Source: Burkholderiales bacterium (GTDB taxonomy: Bacteria; Pseudomonadota; Gammaproteobacteria; Burkholderiales; Burkholderiaceae_C). Taken from it: a stretch of 64,000 bases of DNA. Positions 50,171 to 60,867 of this stretch are shown in pieces. Location of the stretch: positions 9,881 to 73,880 of the forward strand of contig CANNRR010000001.1 in NCBI GenBank assembly GCA_947508055.1, given 5' to 3'. Position 1 is the first letter of the stretch. Each line of letters starts with the position of its first letter. The position numbers were made by a program, and so were the translations under genes. The notes under the pieces were generated by a model, which was given only the letters and a program-made list of their open reading frames with translations, had not been told where the DNA came from and did no database searches.

Positions 50171-51136
50171 ATGCCCACGCAACCAGATAGCCACCACCGT
50201 CCACCCACCCGTTGGGCTGCCTACTGCTTCCTGGCGCTGAGCATGTCGCTGGTAGGCAGCTACGTAGCACTCTCCAAGCCGCTGGTTGCCGCACTGGGCG
50301 TTTTCCTGCTGGCCTGGCTGCGTTTTGGCATCGGTGGCCTGGCCATGGCGCATTGGCTAAAGAGGCCGGAGCAGGAACGCCCTATGACCACAACCATCAA
50401 ACGTTTGGTGTTTCTGGAGTCGTTTCTTGGCAACTTCCTGTTTTCCATCTCCATGCTGTTTGGCGTCAGCATGACCAGCGCCGTGTCGGCGGGAGTCATC
50501 ATGGCCACCATACCGGCTGTGGTCGCGGTGATGAGTTGGGCATTCCTGAAGGAGCGCATCGGCTTGCGGGTCTGGGCTGCGGTGGGCTGCGGTGCGCTGG
50601 GCATCGGCTTGTTGGCGCTATCAAAAGGTGAGCAGTCTGCGCACGATTCTCGGGGGCTGGGGGCTGATTTGCTCAATAACAAGGCACTGTTGGGAAATTT
50701 GCTGGTGTTTGTCTCCGTGTTGTGCGAGGCGGCCTACGCCGTCATTGGCAAAAAGCTCACCGGGTCCTTATCACCCAAACGCATCACGGCACTCATTAAT
50801 CTATGGGGATTTCTGCTGATGACACCCATGGGCCTGTACGCCGCACTGCACTTCGACTTCGCGGCGGTCACCGCCACGTCCTGGTTGCTCTTGCTGTTCT
50901 ATGCCATGGCCGCCAGCGTCTGGACGGTATGGTTGTGGATGACCGGGCTCAAAGGCGTTCCTGCCGCCCGCGCGGGCGTGTTCACGGTCATGCTACCCAT
51001 ATCGGCCGCCTTGGTCGGGGTTCTGGTGCTGGGCGAGTCGCTCAGCGGCATGCAAGCCCTGGCGTTTGCGATAGCTCTGCTGGGCGTGCTGCTGGCCACC
51101 CTGCCCTCCGGCGACACCGCTACACCAGCGCCTTAG
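50171..51136 (+). CDS. EamA/DMT-family transporter
   Basis: ~10 TM helices in two repeats; LAWLRF, FLKERI, LVLGESL. Confidence 0.92.
   Translation: MPTQPDSHHRPPTRWAAYCFLALSMSLVGSYVALSKPLVAALGVFLLAWLRFGIGGLAMAHWLKRPEQERPMTTTIKRLVFLESFLGNFLFSISMLFGVSMTSAVSAGVIMATIPAVVAVMSWAFLKERIGLRVWAAVGCGALGIGLLALSKGEQSAHDSRGLGADLLNNKALLGNLLVFVSVLCEAAYAVIGKKLTGSLSPKRITALINLWGFLLMTPMGLYAALHFDFAAVTATSWLLLLFYAMAASVWTVWLWMTGLKGVPAARAGVFTVMLPISAALVGVLVLGESLSGMQALAFAIALLGVLLATLPSGDTATPAP
50616..50672 (+). repeat. 57-bp dispersed motif copy, inside EamA central loop
   Basis: CGCTA TCAAAAGGT GAGC AGTCT GCGC ACGATTCT CGGGG GCTGGGG GCTG ATTTGC. Confidence 0.82.
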
Positions 51137-51641
51137 ACGCCACTACAGTACCATCCTCATCCGCGTAGAGCCAGTCACCCGGGCGCACCCAGACGCCCTG
51201 CACCTGCACCGCCAAGTTTGCCTGCCCTTCATTGCGCTTCTCGGTTGGCCAGGGCATGGGGGCCAGCGCCCGTATGCCCACTGCGTGGCCCGCCAGCTCA
51301 ACCGTATCGCGCACACAACCATCAATCACCACACCGGCCCAGCCGTTGCGCGCTGCGGCTGCACCCAGGTTGCCACCTAGCAGTGCGCGACGCAGTGATC
51401 CGCCACCGTCGACCACCAGTACCTTGCCAACACGTCCCTGAGGCGTATCAACCGTCCCTGACGAATCCACGGCGGCCTTGACCAGCGTGTTGTCTTCAAA
51501 GCACTTAACGGTTTCTACCGGGCCCGAAAACTTTTTGACTTGCCCAAAGTCCCTGAAAATAGGCGGAAGCACTCGAAATTCCCCAGTCAAATCGTTCTTA
51601 TGGGCATCGCACAAATCACAGGTTGCAAAGTCAATTGCCAT
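51120..51641 (-). CDS. rraA: RraA-family protein
   Basis: TCDLCD, CFEDN, VVDGGGS, GCVRD, ADEDG. Confidence 0.93.
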   Translation of the reverse strand: MAIDFATCDLCDAHKNDLTGEFRVLPPIFRDFGQVKKFSGPVETVKCFEDNTLVKAAVDSSGTVDTPQGRVGKVLVVDGGGSLRRALLGGNLGAAAARNGWAGVVIDGCVRDTVELAGHAVGIRALAPMPWPTEKRNEGQANLAVQVQGVWVRPGDWLYADEDGTVVASKALV

Positions 51642-51817
51642 CGTGCATCACTCCTTTTTGGTAAATATGACCATTCTCCAATGAAAAAAACAACATTTCC
51701 CAATGAAAAAGTGATTTTCCCGCTGGATAAGTGCCATTTTCTCCAGTAGCATCCGGTTACCAGCGAAGAAGCAGTTTTTTGCTGGTGATTAATCAACTTT
51801 AAGAAGGACAATCAATC

Positions 51818-52285
51818 ATGGCAACTGCAAAGAAAGCTCCGGCTAAAAAAGCGGCACCTGCAAAGGCAGCAGCACCGGCAAAGAAGGCGGCTCCTGCTAA
51901 AAAAGCAGCCGCTCCCGCAAAGAAAGTAGCCGCAAAGGCTCCTGCTAAAAAAGCAGCCGCTCCAGCGAAAAAAGCTGCTCCCGCCAAGAAGGCAGCTCCT
52001 GCAAAGAAAGCTGCTGCAAAGGCTCCCGCTAAGAAGCGCACTGTGAATGCTGCATTCATGAAGGCACTTACCCCAAGCGCTGCTTTGGCTGCCATCGTGG
52101 GTGCTAACCCACTGCCACGCACCGAAGTGGTGAGCAAGCTGTGGACTTACATCAAGAAGAACAAACTGCAAGACGCGGTCAACAAGCGCATGATCAATGC
52201 GGATGCCAAGCTGAAGGAAATCTTCGGCAAGATGCAAGTCTCGATGTTTGAGATGGCTGGCCTGATCGGCAAGCACCTGAAGTAA
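51818..52285 (+). CDS. SWIB/MDM2-domain protein with histone H1-like (PAKKAA)n N-terminus
   Basis: Repeated PAKK units; PRTEVVSKLWTYIKKNKLQD...SMFEM. Confidence 0.93.
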   Translation: MATAKKAPAKKAAPAKAAAPAKKAAPAKKAAAPAKKVAAKAPAKKAAAPAKKAAPAKKAAPAKKAAAKAPAKKRTVNAAFMKALTPSAALAAIVGANPLPRTEVVSKLWTYIKKNKLQDAVNKRMINADAKLKEIFGKMQVSMFEMAGLIGKHLK

Positions 52286-52303
52286 TAGGTCGCCCGACCC
52301 AGC

Positions 52304-52333
52304 AAAAAAGGCCGACTTGTTCGGCCTTTTTTT
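52304..52333. terminator. Bidirectional terminator
   Basis: AAAAAAGGCCGA-CTTGT-TCGGCCTTTTTTT. Confidence 0.85.
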
Positions 52334-52355
52334 CAACCATCACACAGACACCAAC

Positions 52356-53366
52356 ATGCTGCGCTTCCTTTTCACGCGCTTGAGCCTGATCATTCCGACT
52401 TTTTTCGGCATGACACTGGTGGCATTTTTTCTGATTCGCCTGGTACCAGGCGACCCCATTGAAACCCTGGCAGGCGAACGCGGGATCGACCCCGAGCGCC
52501 ATGCTGCGTTGCTCAAAGAGTATGGACTCGACCGGCCGGTCATTGTGCAATACGGCATCTATATCGCCAAGGTTTTGCAGGGCGATTTGGGTAAATCCGT
52601 CATCACCCAGACCAAGGTACTGAGTGAATTCGCAGCGCTGTTTCCCGCCACCATTGAGCTGGCCATCTGCGCTATTTTGTTTGCACTCTTGATTGGGATC
52701 CCGGCGGGTATCATCGCCGCCGTCAAGCGCAACTCCATCCTTGACCAGGGCGTGATGGGCATCTCGCTTACCGGCTACTCCATGCCGATTTTCTGGTGGG
52801 GCCTGCTGCTGATTTTGCTGTTCTCCGTGCAACTCGATTTGACTCCTGTGTCGGGCCGCATCGCCGTGCAGTATTTCATTGAACCGGTGACCGGTTTTCT
52901 GCTCATAGACACCCTGCTGGCGAACGACACGGGTGCGTTCTGGTCGGCCGTGTCGCACCTCATTCTCCCCACCATCGTGCTGGGTACCAACCCGCTGGCG
53001 GTGATTGCACGTATGACACGCTCGGCCATGCTCGAAGTGCTGGGCGAGGACTACATCCGCACAGCGCGCGCGAAGGGCATGTCTACGTTTCGCATCGTGG
53101 CCGTGCACGCGCTACGCAATGCACTGATTCCGGTGATTACCGTCATTGGCCTACAGGTCGGTGTGCTGTTCACCGGTGCCATTCTGACTGAGACTATTTT
53201 TTCCTGGCCTGGCGTTGGCAAATGGCTGATCGAGGCCATCAGCCGCCGTGACTACCCGGTGCTGCAAGGTGGCATGCTGTTGCTGGGTGCTGTGGTCATG
53301 GCCGTCAACCTGCTGGTGGATGTGGCCTATGGAATCATCAATCCGCGCATCAGGCACCAAAAATGA
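52356..53366 (+). CDS. dppB: Dipeptide ABC transporter permease
   Basis: LVPGDP, FPATIEL, DYIRTARAKG, RDYPVLQG. Confidence 0.92.
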   Translation: MLRFLFTRLSLIIPTFFGMTLVAFFLIRLVPGDPIETLAGERGIDPERHAALLKEYGLDRPVIVQYGIYIAKVLQGDLGKSVITQTKVLSEFAALFPATIELAICAILFALLIGIPAGIIAAVKRNSILDQGVMGISLTGYSMPIFWWGLLLILLFSVQLDLTPVSGRIAVQYFIEPVTGFLLIDTLLANDTGAFWSAVSHLILPTIVLGTNPLAVIARMTRSAMLEVLGEDYIRTARAKGMSTFRIVAVHALRNALIPVITVIGLQVGVLFTGAILTETIFSWPGVGKWLIEAISRRDYPVLQGGMLLLGAVVMAVNLLVDVAYGIINPRIRHQK

Positions 53367-54277
53367 CGACGACACACACTGCACTTGCGCCCTCCGCAAC
53401 GCCCGCTCAGGCCGCACCTCTGCATCCGTTGAAAGACTTCTGGCGCTATTTCAGCGCCAACCGTGGGGCTCTGGGTGGTTTGGTGATCGTCGTAACCGTG
53501 CTCCTGCTGGCCGCATTTGCCAACGTGGTGGCTCCCTATAACCCCGACCTGACGGACAGCGCTGTCTTTCTCGTGCCACCCGCATGGCAGTCGGGTGGCT
53601 CATCCGCGCATTTGCTGGGCACCGATGCCATTGGTCGCGACATACTTTCACGCCTGATTCACGGCGCACGCCTCTCCCTTTCCGTTGGCATCGCGGTGGT
53701 CGCGATTTCGGTCGCACTGGGCACTACATTGGGGCTCTTGGCTGGCTATTTCCGTGGCGTGTTTGAAATTGCGGTCATGCGCGTGATGGACATCATCCTG
53801 ACCCTGCCCAGCCTGCTGCTGGCCATCGTCATCGTTGCCATTTTGGGCCCGGGGCTGATGAATGCCATGCTGGCCGTGGCCATTGTGGTGCTACCCCACT
53901 ACGTGCGCATCACACGGGCCGCGGTCATCAGTGAGACCTCGCGAGATTATGTCACCGCAGCCCGCATGGGTGGCGCCGGGCACTGGCGAATCATGTTCAA
54001 TGAAGTGCTGCCCAACTGCATGGCGCCGCTGATCGTGCAGGCGTCGCTGGGTATTTCCACCGCCATCATTGACGCGGCCGCATTGGGCTTTTTGGGCCTT
54101 GGCGCGCAACCCCCGTCACCCGAATGGGGAACCATGCTGGCCGACGCGCGTGAGTTTGTGCTGCGTGCCTGGTGGGTGGTGACCTTTCCGGGTCTCGCAA
54201 TCCTGATTACCGTTTTGGCATTCAATATGTTGGGCGACGGTCTGCGCGATGCGCTGGACCCCAAGCTCAAGCGCTAA
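53363..54277 (+). CDS. dppC: Dipeptide ABC transporter permease
   Basis: LGTDAIGRD, PEWGTML, GDGLRDALDP. Confidence 0.92.
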   Translation: MTTTHTALAPSATPAQAAPLHPLKDFWRYFSANRGALGGLVIVVTVLLLAAFANVVAPYNPDLTDSAVFLVPPAWQSGGSSAHLLGTDAIGRDILSRLIHGARLSLSVGIAVVAISVALGTTLGLLAGYFRGVFEIAVMRVMDIILTLPSLLLAIVIVAILGPGLMNAMLAVAIVVLPHYVRITRAAVISETSRDYVTAARMGGAGHWRIMFNEVLPNCMAPLIVQASLGISTAIIDAAALGFLGLGAQPPSPEWGTMLADAREFVLRAWWVVTFPGLAILITVLAFNMLGDGLRDALDPKLKR

Positions 54278-54309
54278 GTCAATAGCTAACTACACGACAG
54301 CACCACACC

Positions 54310-55317
54310 ATGGCCTTGCTTGAAATAGAAAACCTGTCGGTTGAGTTCCCCTCGCACAACGCAACCATGTACGCCGTGGACGGTGTCAGCCTGTCGCTAG
54401 ACACCGGCGACGTGCTGGGCATTGTGGGGGAATCCGGCTCCGGCAAAAGCGTCACCATGATGGCCTTGATGGGCCTGGTCGCCTACCCCGGCCGTGTCAC
54501 AGCCGACAAGCTGTGCTTTGACGGACATGATCTGCTGGCCCTGTCCGAGCGTGAGCGCCGGCGTCTGACCGGCAAAGATTTGTCGATGATTTTTCAGGAC
54601 CCCACCACCAGTCTCAACCCCTGCTTTACCGTGGGGTTCCAGTTGGCTGAGACCTTGAAGCTGCACATGCATATGGACAAGGCAGCAGCCCGTAAGCGCT
54701 CCATCGAACTGCTCGAACAAGTGGGCATACCTGCCCCCGAAAGCCGTTTGGGCGTCTACCCGCACCAGCTTTCCGGCGGCATGAGCCAGCGTGTCATGAT
54801 TGCCATGGCCATCGCCTGCAACCCCAAGTTGCTGATTGCCGATGAGCCCACCACGGCACTGGACGTCACCATACAAGCGCAAATTCTGGACCTGCTGCGC
54901 AGCCTGCAAAAGGACCGCGGTATGGCGCTGGTGCTGATCACCCACAACATGGGCGTGGTCAGTGAAATGGCGCAACGTATTGCTGTGATGTATGCCGGTC
55001 AGATCATGGAGCAACGCAACTCCAGTACCCTGTTCACTGCACCACAGCACCCCTACACAGAAGCGTTGATGGCAGCCCTGCCGGAGCGCAATGATGGTCA
55101 CTCCCGTCTGGCCACTATCCCAGGCATGGTGCCGGGTTTGTATGACCGACCCGGGGGCTGCCTGTTCGCGCCCCGCTGCAGCTATGCCAATGATGGCCTG
55201 TGCCAGACCCGCCCATCCTTGTGCAACTGGCAAGATGGTGCCGTGCGCTGCCACTACCCTCTGGGCGATGCAAGCCGCACTGCCAGTCCACCCAAACACC
55301 CGATGGTGGCCGCATGA
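54310..55317 (+). CDS. dppD: Dipeptide ABC transporter ATPase
   Basis: [20 protein letters not shown], Cys-rich C-terminus. Confidence 0.92.
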   Translation: MALLEIENLSVEFPSHNATMYAVDGVSLSLDTGDVLGIVGESGSGKSVTMMALMGLVAYPGRVTADKLCFDGHDLLALSERERRRLTGKDLSMIFQDPTTSLNPCFTVGFQLAETLKLHMHMDKAAARKRSIELLEQVGIPAPESRLGVYPHQLSGGMSQRVMIAMAIACNPKLLIADEPTTALDVTIQAQILDLLRSLQKDRGMALVLITHNMGVVSEMAQRIAVMYAGQIMEQRNSSTLFTAPQHPYTEALMAALPERNDGHSRLATIPGMVPGLYDRPGGCLFAPRCSYANDGLCQTRPSLCNWQDGAVRCHYPLGDASRTASPPKHPMVAA

Positions 55318-56327
55318 GCACCGTGCGCAACTTGGAAAGCATACCGGTTGTCGTCGCCAAAAACCTGCGCCGCGTCTACCCCATCAGCAAAGGCCTGTTC
55401 TACAAACCTGATTTGCTGCAGGCCGTAGGCGGCGTGTCGTTTACCGTGTGGGCTGGAAAAACACTGGCCATCGTCGGGGAATCGGGTTGTGGCAAGTCCA
55501 CACTGGCGCGCATGGTGACCCTGATTGAGGCGCCATCGGGCGGTAGCCTACAACTCGGCGGCGTCGATGTGGTGGGTGCCTCAGCCCACGAACAGCACGC
55601 CCTGCGCCAAAAAGTGCAGTTGGTGTTTCAGAACCCCTACGGCTCGTTGAACCCACGCAAGCGCATTGGCCAAATTCTGGAGGCGCCACTGGAGATCAAC
55701 ACCAAACTCACTGCAGGCGAGCGGACGAGTAAGTCCCGCGCCATGCTGGCCATGGTGGGCTTGCGCCCAGAGCACTACGACCGTTACCCTCACATGTTCT
55801 CGGGTGGACAGCGCCAGCGGATTGCCATTGCACGTGCGCTGATGCTCAACCCGTCTCTGGTGGTGGCCGATGAACCGGTGTCGGCACTGGATGTATCAAT
55901 ACAGGCTCAGGTGCTGAACCTGCTGGCCGACCTGCAGCGCGACCTTGGACTGGCCTACCTGTTCATCTCGCACGACCTGGGCGTGGTCCGCCATATCGCA
56001 CACGACGTATTGGTGATGTACCTGGGTCACACGGTCGAGCATGGCGAAAAGAATGCCATCTTTAGTCGCCCCCTGCATCCGTACACGCAGGCACTGCTTG
56101 CCGCCACCCCCGGACTGGCCGGCAGCGGCGCGGTGCAACGGCGCACGGTACTAAAAGGCGAGTTGCCCTCACCCATGAATCCCCCGTTGGGTTGCGTGTT
56201 TTCCACGCGCTGCCCATATGCCACGGAACAGTGTCGTATCGAACGACCAGTGCTTCAGGAATTGCACGGCCGGACTATTGCGTGCTTTGAGGCGGAACGC
56301 CTCTCGGTGTCAACTGCAACCGAGTGA
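55314..56327 (+). CDS. dppF: Dipeptide ABC transporter ATPase
   Basis: [26 protein letters not shown]. Confidence 0.92.
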   Translation: MSTVRNLESIPVVVAKNLRRVYPISKGLFYKPDLLQAVGGVSFTVWAGKTLAIVGESGCGKSTLARMVTLIEAPSGGSLQLGGVDVVGASAHEQHALRQKVQLVFQNPYGSLNPRKRIGQILEAPLEINTKLTAGERTSKSRAMLAMVGLRPEHYDRYPHMFSGGQRQRIAIARALMLNPSLVVADEPVSALDVSIQAQVLNLLADLQRDLGLAYLFISHDLGVVRHIAHDVLVMYLGHTVEHGEKNAIFSRPLHPYTQALLAATPGLAGSGAVQRRTVLKGELPSPMNPPLGCVFSTRCPYATEQCRIERPVLQELHGRTIACFEAERLSVSTATE

Positions 56328-56448
56328 GAACCCCAATACAAACACTGGTTGACTCGCGTAACATGGGTGCTTGGCGACCAGGTCTTGTACTTGGCTCAAT
56401 TGTTCATTGAGGGTTGTTGATCGCCCTCTTTTTTCTGGAGTGTTCCTG

Positions 56449-58074
56449 ATGACGATTTCTCTTTCGCGTCGCAAACTGCGCCTGTCCAAAATGGCCCTGC
56501 TGTGCGCTGTGGCCTTGCCAGCGATCATGGCGTTGACACCGGTAGCTGCCAAGACATTGGTTTACTGCTCCGAGGGCAGCCCGGAGAATTTTTATCCTGG
56601 CATCAACACCACCGGAACTTCGTTTGACGCCAACAGCCAAATTTACAGCCGCATCGTTGACTTTGAGCGTGGCGGCACCAGCGTGGTCCCCGGCCTGGCG
56701 GAGAAGTGGACGGTTTCCAAAGACGGCCTCGAATACACTTTTTCCCTGCGCAAGGGCGTGAAGTGGCATTCCAACAAAAACTTCAAACCCTCACGTGATT
56801 TCAACGCGGATGACTTCATGTTCGCTATCGAACGCCAGTGGAATGAAAACGACCCCTATTTCAAGGTCACCAGTTCCAACCACTCCTACTTCAACGACAT
56901 GGGTATGCCCAAACTATTGAAATCGGTGGACAAGATTGACGAGTACACGGTAAAAATCACTCTGAACAAGCCGGAGGCGCCCTTTCTGTCCAATCTGGCG
57001 ATGGAATATGCGGGTATTCAGTCCAAGGAATACGCCATTGCCATGCTCAAGGCCGGCACTCCCGAGAAGCTGGACCAGGAACCCATCGGCACGGGGCCCT
57101 TCATGTTGATCCAGTACCAAAAAGATGCCCTCATTCGCTACAAGGCATTCCCCGAATATTGGGCCGGCAAGGCCAAGATCGACGACCTGATCTTCTCCAT
57201 CACACCCGACGCATCGGTGCGCTGGGCCAAACTGCAAAAGGGCGAGTGCCATGCCATGCCCTACCCGAACCCGGCTGATCTGGATGCCATCCGCAAGGAC
57301 GCCAAGGTCCAGGTGCTTGAGCAGCCTGGGTTGAACGTCGGCTACCTGGCATACAACACCACCAAAAAGCCTTTTGACGATGTGCGGGTGCGTAAAGCCA
57401 TCAACATGGCGATCGACAAGAAGGCCATTGTGTCTGCGGTTTACCTGAGCACGGGCGTGCCAGCCATCAACCCCATTCCACCCACACAATGGTCGTACAA
57501 CAAATCCGTCAAGGATGACGCCTTTGACCCGGCAGCAGCCAAAAAAGCCCTGGCTGCAGCAGGCTACCCTAACGGATTCACCACCGACCTGTGGGCCATG
57601 CCGGTTCAGCGCCCTTACAACCCCAATGCCAAGCGCATTGCCGAGCTGATGCAGGCTGACCTGGCAAAAATTGGCGTCAAGGCAGAAATAAAGAGCTTCG
57701 AGTGGGGCGAGTACCGCAAACGCATGCAAAACGGCGAGCACCAGATGGGCATGATGGGCTGGACCGGTGACAACGGAGACCCGGACAACTTCCTTAATAC
57801 CCTGCTAGGTTGCGACTCTGCCAAAACCAATGGCTCCAACGTGGCCAAGTTCTGCTACCAGCCGTTTGAAGATGTCGTGCAAAAAGCCAAGGTGACATCC
57901 AACCCGGCCGAGCGCACCAAGCTCTACGAAAAAGCGCAGGTTATCTTCAAAGAACAGGCTCCCTGGTTCACCATAGCCCACGCCGTCCAACTCATGCCGG
58001 TCCGCAAGGAAGTCATCGACTTCAAACTCAGTCCATTCGGTCGCCACACTTTCTATGGAGTGGACATGAAATAG
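56449..58074 (+). CDS. dppA: Dipeptide-binding periplasmic protein
   Basis: KTLVYCSEGSPE, AMPVQRPYNPN, GWTGDNGDPDNF. Confidence 0.94.
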   Translation: MTISLSRRKLRLSKMALLCAVALPAIMALTPVAAKTLVYCSEGSPENFYPGINTTGTSFDANSQIYSRIVDFERGGTSVVPGLAEKWTVSKDGLEYTFSLRKGVKWHSNKNFKPSRDFNADDFMFAIERQWNENDPYFKVTSSNHSYFNDMGMPKLLKSVDKIDEYTVKITLNKPEAPFLSNLAMEYAGIQSKEYAIAMLKAGTPEKLDQEPIGTGPFMLIQYQKDALIRYKAFPEYWAGKAKIDDLIFSITPDASVRWAKLQKGECHAMPYPNPADLDAIRKDAKVQVLEQPGLNVGYLAYNTTKKPFDDVRVRKAINMAIDKKAIVSAVYLSTGVPAINPIPPTQWSYNKSVKDDAFDPAAAKKALAAAGYPNGFTTDLWAMPVQRPYNPNAKRIAELMQADLAKIGVKAEIKSFEWGEYRKRMQNGEHQMGMMGWTGDNGDPDNFLNTLLGCDSAKTNGSNVAKFCYQPFEDVVQKAKVTSNPAERTKLYEKAQVIFKEQAPWFTIAHAVQLMPVRKEVIDFKLSPFGRHTFYGVDMK

Positions 58075-58097
58075 TCGTGTCAGACTGACTGGACAAT

Positions 58098-58595
58098 TTA
58101 GCCGAACCCTGCCGACTTGATGACGGCACGGGCCTGCTCAATTCGCTGATCCAAGTAGGCTCCATAGAAATCGGCAATGTAGCTGCCCTCCATGCGAGCC
58201 ACAATTTCTTTGCCACGTGGCCCAAAGAACAGGACACTTGGTGCAATGGTCACACGCCAGACTTGCACCAATTGGTCATGTGTCACGGTGGCTCCGCTGA
58301 AGTCGCGAACGGCGTGCGAACTACGCATGTCGATCTGGACGACGGGTAAACCCTCCAGGCGCAGTGGCTCCAGGTAATTGTCACGCGCCACGCGGCAAAA
58401 CGGGCAACTCTCCAGACTAACCATCACCACCAACGGGTTAGCTTTACTCAATGCTCTTTCCAATTCGTCTGCCAACGACTGCGGTGCGGGAAGAACCGCA
58501 CCGGCTCCCCAGGCCGATACAGCACCCGACGCAACCAGTGCGACACCAGCGGTTGCCAGAAAGAGGCGTCGATCGGGATGCACACAGTGCGCCAT
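58098..58595 (-). CDS. Thioredoxin-fold protein (SoxW-like), probable Tat export
   Basis: DRRLFL twin-arginine motif; CPFC. Confidence 0.7.
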   Translation of the reverse strand: MAHCVHPDRRLFLATAGVALVASGAVSAWGAGAVLPAPQSLADELERALSKANPLVVMVSLESCPFCRVARDNYLEPLRLEGLPVVQIDMRSSHAVRDFSGATVTHDQLVQVWRVTIAPSVLFFGPRGKEIVARMEGSYIADFYGAYLDQRIEQARAVIKSAGFG

Positions 58596-59608
58596 CAGGG
58601 CGTTTGCCTTTCCATCAATAAATAGGTGTTGTAAGCGTTCATGCGGTTGGCGACGCCAAACAATGGCAATGCCTCAAACTTGGACCAGTTAGTCGCCTGG
58701 TAGGCAGCCTCAAAAGGCTCCATATTTTTGGCGGCCTGTCCCATCACCTCCCGCAGATACAGGAGGTAGTCACGGGTTAGCTCCATGTCCTGTCGCGCCT
58801 GGGATGACAGAGGTCCGTGCCCCGGCACAATGATGTCCGTCTCAAACGCCAACAGGGTTTGCAATGCCTTGATCCAATGCCCACTATCGGCCTGCCCGAC
58901 ATAGGGAACTCGACCACGAAAAACCAGATCGCCCGCAAACAGCACTTTTTCATGCGGCAGATAAACCACCAGATCCTCTGGGGTGTGGGACGGACCAACC
59001 GGGTGCAACAGAAACCGTACCCCTCCAACAACCAGTTCTTGGGGCGCATCGATCCATTCGTCGGCAGATATCAGTTGGGTCTTGGCATCGATCCATGGTG
59101 CCAGTGTCTGGCGTGAGGCCTGGAGACGAATCATGGCAGTATCTGAGTTGATGTACGCCAGTGCGGCCCGATGGCCAATGATGCGCGCGCCATTCGCTTT
59201 GAACGATTGCAGACCGTAGATATGGTCCGCGTGGTAGTGCGTCACTATCACGTGGGTCACCGGTAACGGTGTCACTTTGCGAATTTCTGACACCAATCGC
59301 TCGGCCAGCGTCGGAGATCCCAGCGCGTCAATCACAACCACCCCGGTGGGCGTTACGACGAACCCGGCGTTGGAAATGAAATTTTGGTTGGCACTGCTAC
59401 CCAGTGCACCCAAGCCCTCAACGTACCAGGATGAATGCGACACCCGACGCGCCACCATGGCGGGCACAGTGAGTGAAAACTCGGCTCTCTGGTCGAACGC
59501 AACTTGGGCCTGTGATTGCGCGCTGAATGGTACGCTTACAAGAGTCAACGCCGACGAAATTGCACAACGCCAAATCAATCGCCCCCATGATTGAGGAAAA
59601 ATTTGCAT
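58595..59608 (-). CDS. Exported MBL-fold metallohydrolase (SoxH-like)
   Basis: SNAGFV, THYHADH, SHT, AGD, PGHG. Confidence 0.85.
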   Translation of the reverse strand: MQIFPQSWGRLIWRCAISSALTLVSVPFSAQSQAQVAFDQRAEFSLTVPAMVARRVSHSSWYVEGLGALGSSANQNFISNAGFVVTPTGVVVIDALGSPTLAERLVSEIRKVTPLPVTHVIVTHYHADHIYGLQSFKANGARIIGHRAALAYINSDTAMIRLQASRQTLAPWIDAKTQLISADEWIDAPQELVVGGVRFLLHPVGPSHTPEDLVVYLPHEKVLFAGDLVFRGRVPYVGQADSGHWIKALQTLLAFETDIIVPGHGPLSSQARQDMELTRDYLLYLREVMGQAAKNMEPFEAAYQATNWSKFEALPLFGVANRMNAYNTYLLMERQTP

Positions 59609-59659
59609 TAACGATCCTATAAAGAACTGAATGCTAGCGCTTTGGGTCGATATAGCAAC

Positions 59660-60835
59660 CTACAAAACCTCAAAAACGCCTGCGGCTCCCATGCCGCCGC
59701 CAATGCACATGGTGACGCAGACGCGTTTAGCGCCGCGGCGCTTGCCTTCGATCAGGGCGTGGCCGGTCAGCCGCTGACCGCTGACACCGTAAGGGTGTCC
59801 CACCGCAATGGCTCCACCATTGACATTGAGTTTGTCAGTCGGGATGGCCAACTTGTCGCGGCAATAGATCACCTGCACGGCAAAGGCTTCATTCAGCTCC
59901 CACAAATCAATGTCGCTGACCTTCAGACCCAGACGGGCCAGCACCTTGGGTATGGCAAACACGGGGCCGATGCCCATCTCATCAGGCTCGCACCCGGCTA
60001 CTGCAAAGCCCAGAAAGCGGCCCAGCGGCTTCAGGCCTTTTTGCTCCGCAATCTTTTCATGCATGACCACAACAGCACCAGCACCGTCAGAAAACTGGCT
60101 GGCGTTACCTGCGGTAATCAACCCCCCTGGAACTGCAGAACGCAAACCACTGATACCTTCCTTGGTGGTGCCGTCGCGGATGCCTTCGTCGTTGCTCACG
60201 GTGACCTGCTTGGTCGTCAAGCCCATGACCTTGTCGGCGACACCCATGGTGACGGTGATGGGGGCAATCTCGGCGGCAAATAGGCCTGCTGCCATGGCGG
60301 CGGTGGCGCGTTGCTGACTGGCGGCACCGTACTCGTCCATTGCTTCGCGGCTGATGCTGTAACGCTTGGCCACGTTCTCGGCCGTTTGCAGCATATTCCA
60401 GTAAATCTCGGGCTTGTTCCTGACCAACCATGGGTCGGCCAGCATGTGGGTGTTCATTTCCTGCTGCACGCAAGAAATGGCTTCTACTCCACCAGCCACA
60501 TAGATGTCGCCTTCGTTGGCGATGATGCGCTGGGAAGCGACGGCAATGGTCTGCAGGCCGGACGAACAGAAACGGTTGATGGTCATGCCGGAGGTGGTGA
60601 CCGGGCAGCCTGCGCGCAGTGCAATCTGGCGCGCGATATTGGCACCGGTGGCACCTTCTGGTGTGGCGCAGCCCATGATGACGTCATCCACCTCGGCGGC
60701 TTCGATGCCGGCGCGCTTGATGGCGTGCTCCACCGCATGGCCACCCAGCGTGGCACCATGCGTCATGTTGAAGGAACCCTTCCAGCTCTTGGCAAGGGGT
60801 GTGCGGGCGGTGGAAACGATTACTGCGGATGTCAT
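59660..60835 (-). CDS. Acetyl-CoA C-acyltransferase (thiolase)
   Basis: [24 protein letters not shown]. Confidence 0.96.
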   Translation of the reverse strand: MTSAVIVSTARTPLAKSWKGSFNMTHGATLGGHAVEHAIKRAGIEAAEVDDVIMGCATPEGATGANIARQIALRAGCPVTTSGMTINRFCSSGLQTIAVASQRIIANEGDIYVAGGVEAISCVQQEMNTHMLADPWLVRNKPEIYWNMLQTAENVAKRYSISREAMDEYGAASQQRATAAMAAGLFAAEIAPITVTMGVADKVMGLTTKQVTVSNDEGIRDGTTKEGISGLRSAVPGGLITAGNASQFSDGAGAVVVMHEKIAEQKGLKPLGRFLGFAVAGCEPDEMGIGPVFAIPKVLARLGLKVSDIDLWELNEAFAVQVIYCRDKLAIPTDKLNVNGGAIAVGHPYGVSGQRLTGHALIEGKRRGAKRVCVTMCIGGGMGAAGVFEVL

Positions 60836-60867
60836 GGTTTAGCTTTCTGAAAAAGTTTCACAAGAAT

